Positions 41,310-53,505 are shown, counted from the stretch's first letter. The stretch is 64,000 nt of DNA from Eledone cirrhosa (GCA_964016885.1 OZ024741.1:167276001-167340000); one strand, 5' to 3'. Program-made: numbers and translations. The notes: a model not told the origin generated them from the sequence alone.

Positions 41310-42190
41310 ATGTCTGCTCTTAATTATAACACAGGAACCATTTCTGAAAAGATCAAAGTTGGTAGTTTCATTGCTTATGTGATAGTCAGACAATAATTGT
41401 TTCTACTTTTGGCACAAGGCCGGCAATTACCCAGTGTATTACTGGTACTTTATTTTATCGACTCCATAAGGATGAAAGGCAAAGTTAACCTCGGCGGGAT
41501 TTGAACTCAGAATGGCAAGGGCCGTACAATAATGTTAGACAAAATGGAGAGTTCAGCTGTGATATCAAACATGATACATTCACACTACAGTGAATGGGAT
41601 CTAAAGAATATAAAATAGTTCTAAACAATCCAGTAGACAGAGAAACACAAGGACACTATCACATTCCTGTCTCCTGTCAAGATGAAGGATTACCTCCTCT
41701 TAATCTTAAAAATGTTAAAACTCTTTATGTACAATCACAACTTACCAAAGATATACTCCAATTCCTCACCTATGAAAACAAAGATAAAGACTTCCCCTAT
41801 TGGTTTTGTCAATGCCACTGACCCTGAATCTGCTGGACAACTTACATATCTACTACATAAAGAAAAATCAAATCTACTATTTCTGATCACTAGTTATGGC
41901 TTTATTTCAGCCATCATGTCATTAGACAGAAAGAAACAAGATGTGTATAAATTTGAGGTTTTTGTCAAAGATAATGGAAGTCCATCTCTAAATGACAGCC
42001 AATGTTGTTGTTGAGATTTTAGATCAAAATGACAATGTTCCATTACTAGTGTTGACTCTTGCACCCTAAATGTTCACTACCATCCCGAGAGTAAGAGTGA
42101 CATCATAGTTTTGAGAGCATCTGATGTTGACAATGGAAATAATGCTTTCCTTACATATGGAATCATACAAGGAAATGAAAAAATATTGAA
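41310..42190 (+). pseudogene. Protocadherin pseudogene fragment (about three cadherin repeats, cephalopod type)
   Basis: TISEKIKVGSFIAYV..DNNVRQNG..EYKIVLNNPVDRE..CQDEGLPPL..TYEN..IGFVNATDP..LDRKKQDVYKFEVFVKDNGSPSL..ILDQNDNVP..LRASDVDNGNNAFLTYGIIQGN; stops, frameshifts and a SINE insertion. Confidence 0.9.
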
Positions 42191-42239
42191 TAGAATTTCC
42201 CTTAAAGACAAAATAATTCTTCCAGTATTGGTTATCTTA

Positions 42240-42680
42240 ATTTCTTCTTCTTTGCCCACTTATTCATTAGAAGGTTGTTGGAGCAGAGTCCTGTCAGAAG
42301 CAACCATTTCCAAATGATCTAGCTGGAGCCCCAAGCGAGCCCAGCCAAGCTCATGGATCTTATCTAACCCAGTTGGTTTTGCCAGTAAAATCTGTCCAGC
42401 GATTCTTTCCCCGAGACATTCTAACCACATGCCCACAGTATTGGAGCTGTGATCACTCAATTCGGAGAAATAGTGGCTCTACCTAGAGCAACTCTCTGAT
42501 CTCTGAGCTACGCACTCTATTGAGTAACATTACTCCAGAGACCTTTCGGAGAAACCCCATTTCGGCCGCTTGTATTCGCGATCATATTCTTTTGCCCATT
42601 ACCTAAGATTCATGACCAACTATAAAGGTTGGCATGGATAGCGATTGAAAATTGCGAGTTTGGCTTTTACACCTACCTCC
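42240..42680 (-). mobile_element. Expander/Rex3-like RTE 3' fragment
   Basis: GHES*VMGKRI*SRIQAAEMGFLRKVSGVMLLNRVRSSEIRELL*VEPLFLRIE*SQLQYCGHVVRM. Confidence 0.85.
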
Positions 42681-43281
42681 CTTCTTTTGATTACCGAATA
42701 TGAAGTTCATTCCTGCTTAGCCGTTTTTTTTTTTCAGATATTAAAATGTTTTCCTGTTGCTCTAGTTATAATAATCTGCTTATTCAATGTTAAATAACAA
42801 CAAAAAAAAAAACGTTATATTTAATAGTTTCTTCTTTTGTAGAGAGAGAAAAATAGATTGCCCCGAAGAAAAATGTATCTATAAATCTCTTATATGACAT
42901 TCATCTGTAAATCTCTTATTTGACAATTATTAGAGAGGCTGCCCAGTACGTTGTTGTCTTTTGCTCTTGTGTTGGCTCCGTTGTTCGCCTCTTCCTTTAC
43001 ATTTTCTTTAATATTGTAACATTAAAAGAATATATCTTTCTGAAAGAATCGCGAGCAATTTATAATGTTATCTAAGCATTTGTAATGTTATTTATGTATA
43101 TATTCAAAACATATTTGTTATGTTATTCTACTGTAAATTTATTCATATGCTCTGTATAATAAAAATTATAATAAATTTAAAAAAACAAAACAAACAAACA
43201 AAAAACATTCAAGCACTTAATTATGTCAATGTCTTTTCAGTTAGACAATGGAAAAGTAAGTAGAGGAAACTATTGCTGGAC

Positions 43282-43950
43282 GGGTCTATGACAAAAACCC
43301 CTAAAACATCTCTACCCCACAGAAAAAAATATATATACATATACGTTCGGAAGCTAGTTTTATTTTATTCTTTATCAATTAAAAGCTATAAATAGATTTT
43401 GTTTTATTTGTTTGCTATGTGTGGTTTTTGTCTGGTAGGAGAAGGGAATATGTCCAGTGGGCCTTAGTCCTACGGGATTTTATCTGATTCAGGGTTTGTC
43501 CGTATCCCTTGCTGGACAGTGGTTTAAAACATCAGGTGACCTTACTCTGGCCCTTAAAAACACATACATATGGGGAAAATACTATAAACAATAAACATTC
43601 TTTGCCGTGTGTATATATGAAACAAAATACAAACAAAATTCCCACAGGACAAAAACGCCCCAAACATAATCCCCAAATCCTACCAGACAAAACCCCAACA
43701 TATTAAACGATTATATTATTGATAACAGTGTTAATCTCAGACTAATACATAATACACTTGGAAATAAAATATTCAATGAAATTTGTATGAAAAATAAAAA
43801 CGAGCTATCTACCTTCAGATGTTATTCAAATTTTAAATTATGTTTTATTTTTTACTGGGATGCCTTTTGTCTGGTTGACGAGGGTATTTTGTTGTAGGAT
43901 GAGGAGGAGGGGGTGATTTAGTCCTGGGGGAGAGGGTTTGTCATAGACTC
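43282..43950. mobile_element. TIR-bounded non-autonomous DNA element, superfamily unresolved
   Basis: gggtctatgacaaa / tttgtcatagactc ends; repeated gacaaaa motifs in both orientations; no clear TSD. Confidence 0.45.
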
Positions 43951-44571
43951 ATATGAAAATAAGATTTTTGTTGACATTGTTGTTGTATCGCTTTTGTTCA
44001 ACTCATTCACTCGTGTTTATATCGTATTTCGATAAAAGACAGAAGAAAAAAGCTTAAACATTAAAACGTATTTTCTTCTAGATTCACATGTTTAACCCTA
44101 TTGATACTAAATCACCCCTAGTTCTCTGATACAAAGCTCTTTATTTTAAAGCGTTTACATTTATCTAAAAAAAACATCTATCATAATTTTATGTACGATC
44201 CTTTGTTTTGTTCAAAATCCCAGCTCAATATTAAGCAAGTTATATTACTAAATCCTTTCAAATTCTTCATTATTCTTATTCGAAATATGGTTACGAAAGG
44301 TTAACACATAACTTTAAACAAGTATGAATGGTTTAATACAAAAAAGGAAAATAAAGATTTAAACATCAAGCATTCCGGTTAAGAGGGTACAATTTTTATT
44401 GCTGTATGTTCTTTTAAATGGATTAATAATGTATTTCTTTATTTGATGGCCACAAGAATTCAACACGTTGGCCACTATGCAATGTCTTAAAACTAATGGA
44501 AATAAAAAGAATGAATTAAATTGAACCCAAAATTTCAATCATATATCGCCACAAAATAACAATGTATAAAA

Positions 44572-44633
<62 letters not shown>

Positions 44634-44667
44634 TTAGATAAACAAACAAAAATATACGATGAATATA

Positions 44668-44743
44668 CAGGGTGTCCAAAAAAATTGTATACACTTTTAT
44701 TAGAATACTATTGAAGTATGTATACATTTTTGGGGACACCTTG
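44668..44743. mobile_element. 76-bp Tc1/mariner-type MITE with TA TSD
   Basis: TA-cagggtgtccaaaaaa..tttttggggacaccttg-TA. Confidence 0.75.
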
Positions 44744-44936
44744 TATATGGATAACAAAATATCTATAAAAAAATTAATGAATCGTAATATTCAGAATCAG
44801 CAAAAAAGGAACTATATATATATATATATAATTGTTTCTACTTCTGGCACAAGGTCAGTAATTATTCCAGTGTATTACTGGTACTTTATTTTATCGACAA
44901 CCGTAAGGATGAAAGGCAAATATATATAATGTCGTG

Positions 44937-44971
<35 letters not shown>

Positions 44972-45378
44972 ATATATATATATATATACACACACACATA
45001 TATATATATATATATAACACGACATAAATATAAAAAATAAAAACGAAAAATACGAGCCTTTGAACAACATAAATTTACAATGACCATTATCATCATCATA
45101 AACAATTCTATGTATGCGAACCATAAGGTGTGTAATGAAAATCGCACCTGAATTTAACATCATTATTATTGTTATTCTAACGCAAAATACAAACAAAATA
45201 TATATTTTTAGACTAATAATATAATCACATACACAATACAATGTTACATACAAGGGTATACTTGGCAAAATTTGTGTAGAGTTAATTAATAATTAATTTG
45301 TTTACTTACCGATAAAGATAAATTTTGCAAGATTGCAGAGAAAGGCGGAAAACACACCATATAAACAGATTATATGTT

Positions 45379-45441
<63 letters not shown>

Positions 45442-45639
45442 ATATAATCTGTAAAAGTGTGTATGTGTTTATGACCTTTTATACAGGTGTAGCTGTTCGT
45501 TTATATGCACACACATATATATGTATATGTACAAAGCGTGAGAGTGTGTTTATGTAACAGAGAGATGAGAGACTACATACACAGCTTTATGAAAAAGTGA
45601 TGTTGCTGTCCTCAGATGAACTTAAGCAGGTGTCTGCTT

Positions 45640-45690
45640 CTGTGACGTAATAATTCGTCACTTCCGGGTCCAGTTACGTCACATTCGTCT
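45640..45690. promoter_or_regulatory. Candidate promoter or enhancer motif cluster
   Basis: tgtgacgtaa..cacttccgg..ttacgtcaca: two inverted CRE/PAR-like sites around an ETS site, CpG-retaining. Confidence 0.35.
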
Positions 45691-46073
45691 CCAGGCATGG
45701 CTGTGTGGTTAAGGATTTCGGTTCGCAACCACTGGGTACTAGGTTCAGTCTCACTGCGGTGTTGTGATGGTGGTGGGGGTGGGGGTGATCAAAGTCGTTC
45801 CAGATGGATATCCGGTCAATTATTTTTGTAATGTTATGTAATATTGCGTTATCTAATATGCCCTTTCCTTAATTAAGGCTTGATATACGATGTCGCAAAA
45901 AGAAATGGATACATATTTGCTTGTACAGGTAATCAAAGTGTGTATACATTTTTGGGAGACACTCTGTATTTTGTCAAATCACAAGTTATGGAACGTAAAC
46001 AAACGGCCCTAGTTGTTTAAGTGGTGAAGATATAAACAAAGAGCTGAACCCACAAACACATATGTGTGTATGT

Positions 46074-46501
46074 ATCATCATCATCATCATCACCGTTTTA
46101 CGTCCGTTCTTCCATGCTAGCATGGATTAGACAGGTTGTTCTGCTGTGGGCAGTGTCTGGTCGGCTGACCTTATCTTGCTCATATGGGAACTGATTCTGG
46201 CTTGATTTCTACAGCTGGATGCCCTTCCTAACACCAACCTCATTTACAGTAAGTGCTGGGTGCTTTTTTTCCATGGCACCTACACGCCCACTTTACAGTG
46301 TAGGCTGGGTACTTTTTTGCCGTGGCAGTGGAATGACATGGACCCCAGTCAATATCATCTCATTTCTACAGCTGAGTAAACTGGAGCAATGTGAAATAAA
46401 GTGTCTTGCTCAAGGAAACAACACATCACCCGGTCTGAGAATTGAACTCGCAACCTTTAGATTGCAAGGCCAATGCTCTAACCACTAAGCCATGTGCCTC
46501 C
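46074..46501 (-). mobile_element. Family A SINE with the RTE-B-type tail
   Basis: Head and CORE as at 3307; 46074-46325 matches the RTE-B 3' UTR at 56498-56740. Confidence 0.85.
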
Positions 46502-46875
46502 ATATGTCTATGTATATATGTATGTATATATATCATCATCATCATTTTACATTCGCTTTTCCTTGCAAGGGTGGGACGGGTCTTATTCAGCACAGCATCT
46601 CTCCACTTGTCACGGTCCTGCAACATTCCTCAAAGATTTGGTATCTTGTGGTTGGTCGTGGATATAAGCAACAGGTTCCTTAAGGTCTATTACCTCTCCA
46701 TTGCACATGTAAACTCTCTTCATGCTCTCTCTCTCTCTCTTTCTCTCACTATCTAATTATCTATTTAATTACATAATAAACAACACAATATAATTAGATA
46801 AAATAATTATCTATCTATCTATCTATCTCTCTCTCTCTCTCTCTCTCTCTCCCTCTCTCTCTATATATATATATA

Positions 46876-46993
46876 TTTTACGGCCATATCACGCTGAAAA
46901 CACTGGTTCTCGTCCGAACCGGTTAAACAACGTCGAACCTAGTTAGTACTTAGATGGGGGACCGCTTGGGAACCCTAGGTGCCGTAAGCATTT
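46876..46993 (+). rRNA. 5S rRNA dispersed copy (probable pseudogene)
   Basis: ttacggccatatcacgctgaaaacactggttctcgtccga..gttagtacttagatgggggaccgcttgggaaccctaggtgccgtaagc; helix I ends pair; short deletion near 46918; no T4 terminator. Confidence 0.9.
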
Positions 46994-47000
46994 ACTTTAT

Positions 47001-47390
47001 GAAGGCGCATGGCTTAGTCGTTAGAGCATTGGGCTTGCAATCGAAAGGTTGTGAGTTCAATTCTCAGACCAGGTGATGTGTTGTTTCCTTGAGCAAGACA
47101 CTTTATTTCACATTGCTCCAGTTTACTCAGCTGTAGAAATGAGATGATAGTACTGGTGTCCCTATCATTCCACTGAAAAGTGGTCGTGGAGGTGCCACGG
47201 CAAAAAAGCACCCAGCCCACACTATAAAGTGGACGTGTAGGTGCCATGGAAAAAAAGTACCCAGCACTCACTGTACATGAGATTGGTGTTAGAAAGGGCA
47301 TCCAGCTGTAGAAATCAAGCCAGAATCAGTTCCCGTCCTACCCTTGCAAGCAGGGAAAAGCGGACGTAAAATGATGATGATGATGATGAT
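47001..47390 (+). mobile_element. Family A SINE, full length, with the RTE-C-type tail
   Basis: tggcttagtcgttagagc (A-box-like), gagttcaattctc (B-box-like), CORE-like block, cttgcaagcagggaaaagcggacgtaaa(atg)n. Confidence 0.88.
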
Positions 47391-48049
47391 GCGAGATGCA
47401 AGAAAAGCCACAAACCCTCCTTCTCAATTCTACATTTGAAAAGTATAAGAACTGTGAAACTGGTAAAGGAAATAAATAAACATTCCTAAAGAAACTCCAG
47501 TTGCATTTCCGATTTCTTTTCCTTATATATATATATATATATATATACATATATATATTTGTATATCTTCATCATTATCATTGTCGTTTTAACATCCCTG
47601 CTAGCAAATGTTGGACAGATCTATATAGACCAAGTCTGTACTGAAGTGGAGCCACTGATCTCCCAAGTAAGCCAGGGAACTGTGTCTCACTTATGCACGA
47701 TCTCACATTCCATCGAGTACTCAGGAGAGGTTGTCATGCCTTTGACACAACTGAGGGTCCTCCCAATCCTTTGTTTGGCAAGATGTCTACGGCTGGATAT
47801 ATATAACAAACAGAGGAAAAGAAAAACATTTTTTGTCATTAATAAACAGGACATCTTAATGAAAGAGAGCTAGCTGGAAATGGTTGCTTCTGATAGGACC
47901 CACTGGAAGGAGTATTTGAGGACTCTGCTTCCATGACACTCTCAGAAATAAGTGGGTGAGGAGGAAGATATATATATATATATATATTAGAAAGTGAGGT
48001 TTTTTTTACAAAATGAAAAAAAAACGAGGTGTCCTACACGAGTGAAAGT

Positions 48050-48515
48050 ATAAGGAAAGATGAAATCGAAAATGCAACTGGAGTTTTTTTTTTTTAAATA
48101 TATATTTATTTGGTTCCTTCGTGAGCCACTTTTTTTTAAGTAAAAAGAAATTCAAACACAAACTGGCGCGAAAGCTGATGTGCTTATTCATGTGACTGCA
48201 TCAACCAACCAAACTTGAAAAAACAACCTGAGCTTCCCCTTTGTTTGAAGAACTTTGTAACACGAACTGGCGCAAAATTTATTATACTTATTCACCAACC
48301 AAATTACTTCTCTAAAAACCTAGCATTTCGAGCCACTTTTTTCCATATAAAACAAGTAACATTCAAAGACCAACCAGATGTGAGAAAAACCACAGACCCT
48401 CCATCTCAATTCTACTTTTGAAAAGCAGAAGAACTGCGAAACCGGTAAAGGAACCAAATAAAAATAAAAATAAAAAAAGACTCCAGTTGCATTTTCGATT
48501 TCATCTTCTTTTCTT
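48050..48515. mobile_element. TIR-bounded element, with a partial copy at 47393-47523
   Basis: aagatgaaatcgaaaatgcaactggag / ctccagttgcattttcgatttcatctt inverted ends. Confidence 0.6.
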
Positions 48516-49413
48516 ATATATATATATATATATTGTTATACTTTGGGAGGGTCATGTTGCCAATAAGAAACACACGCACCAGTTGCTTTCACTTCAATTT
48601 ATTATAATAAATTTATAAATTTCTGGTTGGTTGGTTGGTTGGTTCCACAACCAGATAAGAATCTTGCTAAACAAATTCAGAAACGAAATATATATATATA
48701 TATGTCGGGTCACTCTTGAGTGCTACTGGTAACATGTAACCCAGTACAACCTGTCGCATGGTCAGGTCGTCGGCGACTAAACCGGCAACCCCACCAAGTT
48801 TACTTGGTGAGCAGGGTGATTTTGGACACCCTGCAGGACAAAAAACAAAACCTGACAAAGGGTGGAAGAACTCATAAGAGTCAACGGCCATCCAAAAGTG
48901 TGTAAATATGTATATACACATGTACATATATGTGTATATGTATATGTGTATATACATGGGTGCATGTGTATGTATATGCGCGGGGACATAGAAATAGTCG
49001 GGCTGGACACCCTATCGCGCGGTTAAACCACTGGGAGTGAAGGACCCCTAGCCTTTGTCAGGGCATTCTTCTAGAAGGCAACTAAGGAAACTGGAATAAC
49101 TCCGAAATAAAAGCTGCGGCTCAGTAGTTACCAATGATGTTGATCTTTTCTTCTTTTCGAGTTATAGCTCACTGTCGCTCAGAGAGTGGGATTGGCTCAG
49201 TGCACAATCATTCCTCACTTTAAAAAATATCTTCATGCACAGGCATTGCACGATAGAATTAATTAATAATTATTAATAATGGTATATCGTGCAATGGCCA
49301 TATTCGATAACGAGGGGGCAGCCATCATATATATATATATTTATATATTTATATCAAATTATAAAATAAGAAGAAATAATAGACACAGATATATACCTAT
49401 TTTTTTCTTCAAA

Positions 49414-49504
49414 GGCCCGACTGAACAGTTTCGCTGGTCTGTATGCGACAATTGTACATTATATGTGCAATATTGTTGTGAAGCAGATTAGCTTCTCAAG
49501 GAAC
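49414..49504 (-). ncRNA. Hammerhead candidate with U3:A8 core variant and long stem II
   Basis: GUUCC-UUGAGAA-GCU..long imperfect hairpin..AGC-GAAA-CUG-UU-CAG-UC/GGGCC. Confidence 0.6.
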
Positions 49505-49603
49505 ACCTCAGGGAAGGAACGTTTTCTAGACACATTTGTAGTAAGTGAGAAAATCTCAATAGGCGGAATTAACACGTGATGTATCGGTCAAGAAAAGGGA
49601 CTG

Positions 49604-49637
<34 letters not shown>

Positions 49638-49783
49638 TAACATTAATGTCTGCTCAACACAGTTGATCACTACCTTATATGTAAATAGATATCTGTATAT
49701 TCGGTCCACAATGTTTACCATTGACTGACCAACGGTCAAAAATACAGATATAATATAGATAACAATACAACAGGATGAACATA

Positions 49784-49837
49784 ATAGTACCACTGACGAT
49801 GTTGCAGATGCGCAACGAAAGAACTTTGTTAGACTAT
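49784..49837 (+). ncRNA. Type I hammerhead candidate flanked by 32-bp inverted repeats (49730-49761 / 49851-49882)
   Basis: AUAGUACCA-CUGACGA-U-GUUGC-AGAUGC-GCAAC-GAAA-GAAC-UU/UGUU-AG-ACUAU. Confidence 0.6.
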
Positions 49838-49939
49838 ATATATGTGTTTATATCTATATTATATCTGTATTTTTGACTGTTGATATCTGTATATATATAT
49901 GCATATATACATATATATTCTTGTTTTCTTGATATATAC

Positions 49940-52890
49940 TTCCACGCTCACATGGACTCCCACTTGGACCCTCGGACTACCTACGTACTCCAACTATCAG
50001 ACCTTTTGAACTGCATTAGCAATACTGATCTTCCGTGACTTACCACCTATTTTTCTCTCCCTTTTGTTTCTATCTGCTTGCCTCTACCTCCACCCACCCT
50101 TTCACCATGCCCAACCAGAAATCCTTCCTCTGCCACCTCCACTAAAAGTTTAGCTCTCCCTCTCCCCTACTCCTGCATCTAGCCTGCACTCTGCTTCTCT
50201 CACTTTCTCTTTAAAAAAAAACAATATTCCAGTTACATCACCTTCCTCAGTTGCCATCTCAACAGCCATCCCATCCCCAGGGGTTTTCGCCTTCATTTCT
50301 ATCCCACAAACCCCACAACTCACCCCCCTCCCCATTATTTTCATCCTCACCTAATCTTCCTGCCTTCTCCTGCATGCCACACTCTGCTTCACCTTCCCCC
50401 AGATCCACACTATTAACCATGACATCCCAGATACTTTCCTCCTTCTTTGTTCCACCTGTCATCCTTTCCACACACACCCAACTACCTCACCTCTACCAAA
50501 ACACCGTAAACTTAATTCCCTCTTTCTCCCCACCCACACAGCCAACCCCACTCCTCACACTCCAACCCAAACAACAACCTCTCGTTTCTTCACCCATTCC
50601 ACACCCAATACCTCCAACCCAAACTCCACCCTGCCCATCGTACCACCCTCTCCAACCCAGAACTTGTTGTCACTATAGCCCACCAATCTCCTTCTCTTCA
50701 CACCTGAATATGTTCCCTCCTCAGTAGAGGTCTGTGCTTATACTCCTCACAACATGCCGCAATGAGTTTTGCATTTGCACCAATATCGAGAGGTTCCTGC
50801 ACTGCACAAAACTACAGGCACACTTTTATGGCATCCCCACGCATGTCAAATAACCTGAACAGCTTTCTGGGACTGGGCAGATGACCATCACAATGGACAC
50901 TGGCCTGGACTGATTCGTGGACGCCAACCACAGTGCAGTTAACTGATTCAACTTCTGTAGATGTCACTGGGGAATGAACATCTCCCAGGTAGAACTCACT
51001 GCACTCCACTCCCCCTGAACCCTCCCTGGAACTCCAACAATAACTTTCCTCCACTATTTCCCAACTCATCGCCTCCGCTCTCCAACCCTCCACTGCCACC
51101 AGCTTCATCATCCACACACCCTGCATCTCCACCATCTACTTCCTCCCCAAAATACATAAACCTGACACCCCAGCAGCCTCATGGTCTCTGCCTCCCACCT
51201 CCCTTTGCCCTCCACCTCTTCGATTCATTTGTCTTCCCACCCAGCCCACCGCCCTTATTTTTCACACTGACACCAAATACTTCTTTACTCATTCCACACA
51301 CCGAAGACCTCCATGCCCTTCAACACTTCCTTGACCTCCACCCCTTCCTCCAATCCTCCACCTCCACCCTCATCCGCCTTGCCAAGCTGGTCCTTACCCC
51401 ATGGTGAGGTTTACAACAGGTGATCTGAGTCATCATGGGCACAAGAATTTGCCCCAACCATGCCAACTTATTCATCGGCTACATTGAGGCTTAAATATTT
51501 GCCCAATACAAGGGTCCCACCCAAGAGCTATATGGTCAGTACATCGACAACTGTATCGGCAGCACCTCACTCACCCAAGAACAGCTAAACTCCTTCCTCT
51601 CCTTCCATCCTAACCTTGACTTCACTAACTTCATCTCCACCACTTCCTCGACATCTCTCTTTATATCAACCTCTCCCACCATTCCCTCATCACCCCCGTC
51701 TTCTTTAAACTCACCAACTCCCACTCTGACCTCGATTTCACATCCTCACAACCCACCCACACCAAACATTTCATCCCCTATTCCCAATTCCTTCGCCTTC
51801 GCCACCTGTGCAGCTGAACTCATGACTTTGCATCCAAAGCCCAATATATGGCTAGACCTTGATATAGGCCACCCTCACCCAAGCCCATGAATTCAATTGC
51901 ACCACTGCCCTCACAATATATGGCTAGACCTTGATATAGGCCGCCCTCACCCAAGCCCATGAATTCAATTGCACCACTGCCCTCACAATATATGGCTAGA
52001 CCTTGATATAGGCCGCCCTCACCCAAGCCCATGAATTCAATTGCACCACTGCCCTCACAATATATGGCTAGACCTTGATATAGGCCGCCCTCACCCAAGC
52101 CCATGAATTCAATTGCACCACTGCCCTCACAATATATGGCTAGACCTTGATATAGGCCGCCCTCACCCAAGCCCATGAATTCAATTGCACCACTGCCCTC
52201 ACAATATATGGCTAGACCTTGATATAGGCTGCCCTCACCCAAGCCCATGAATTCAATTGCACCACTGCCCTCACAATATATGGCTAGACCTTGATATAGG
52301 CCGCCCTCACCCAAGCCCATGAATTCAATTGCACCACTGCCCTCACACTCCTACACCTTGTCTCTCTGGAGGATGATCCTCCATCTTTTCTGCAGCCTCC
52401 CCCATTTTACACCCTCTGCCTCTTTGAGGCACACACGCAACCTCTGTAATCTTTTCACCCACTGTTTGCTTCCCTTATCCCACTCATCTCTCAGATCCCA
52501 CCCCTGCTCCCAACCCCACATCCATACTTATCCTTTCCTCACCGACACCATCACTCTCATCAGACTTTCTATATTAGGGACTCCTGCTGCACCTCCACAA
52601 GTCTCATTTACATGATCCTGTGCACACTATGTGAGGCCATCTATATTGGCCAAACAGGATATCTTTTGGCAGACAGATTTATGGAGCACCTCCAGGACAT
52701 CTGATGGGCAGCCTGTCTCCCATCACCCAACATTTCTGTTCTACTCAACACTCCATGATCCACCTCACAATTTTCGGCCTTGTCACATGTACCAGACCAC
52801 TGGATTCCCGCCTCATGAGGGAACAGCACCTCATTTATTCTTTCCATTCCTTTCCCCCTACTAGGTCTAAATGCACCACTATTTTTCTCC
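49940..52890 (+). mobile_element. Decayed Penelope-like retroelement (Neptune-like): RT plus GIY-YIG
   Basis: IYFLPKIHKPDTP; STLIRLAKLVLT; GVIMGTRICPNHANLFIGYIE; YGQYIDNCIG; IPYSQFLRLRHLCS; CTSTSLIYMILCTLCEAIYIGQTG..LADRFMEH; REQHLIY. Confidence 0.92.
51842..52345. repeat. 72-bp minisatellite, 7 near-identical copies
   Basis: Unit caatatatggctagaccttgatataggccgccctcacccaagcccatgaattcaattgcaccactgccctca; I see one substitution each in copies 1 and 6. Confidence 0.97.
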
Positions 52891-53187
52891 TAGCTAGCGC
52901 TGTCACCACACGCACCACCCTTCCACTCACACAAACTCTTCCACCAGCACATGGTTACATTAACACACCTCTGTAACTGCACATGCACATGCACGCTTGC
53001 ACACACATGTACACATGCACATTGACCACCTACATTCACGCAGCTGACCCTGTACACACACGGCCAGCTAACACTACTAGTACCCACTAACATCCCACCA
53101 CTACACCCAAAATACTTGGACCTTGTCCACCTAATGCAACTAACACCAATTAACATTACTAACTCACCCCAACACACACACCGGCAC

Positions 53188-53198
53188 ATATATATATA

Positions 53199-53284
<86 letters not shown>

Positions 53285-53455
53285 TATATGTGTGTGTACA
53301 TATATATATATACACACATATATATATATGTGTGTGTACAAATATATATATATATACACATACATATATATATATATGTGTGTACATATATATATATATG
53401 TGTACATATATATGTGTGTGTACATATGTATGTGTGTGTACATATATATGTGTGT

Positions 53456-53505
<50 letters not shown>

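Noticed and set aside
47005-47075. tRNA-Cys-like gene (GCA loop); similar heads at 45693 and 46430-46501
   Set aside because: The acceptor stem does not pair, and the sequence continues into SINE body, so these are SINE heads.
51820-52320. CRISPR-like array or repeat protein (24-aa unit)
   Set aside because: The units are head-to-tail with no unique spacers, lie in a eukaryotic PLE, and the ORF exists only because 72 is a multiple of 3.
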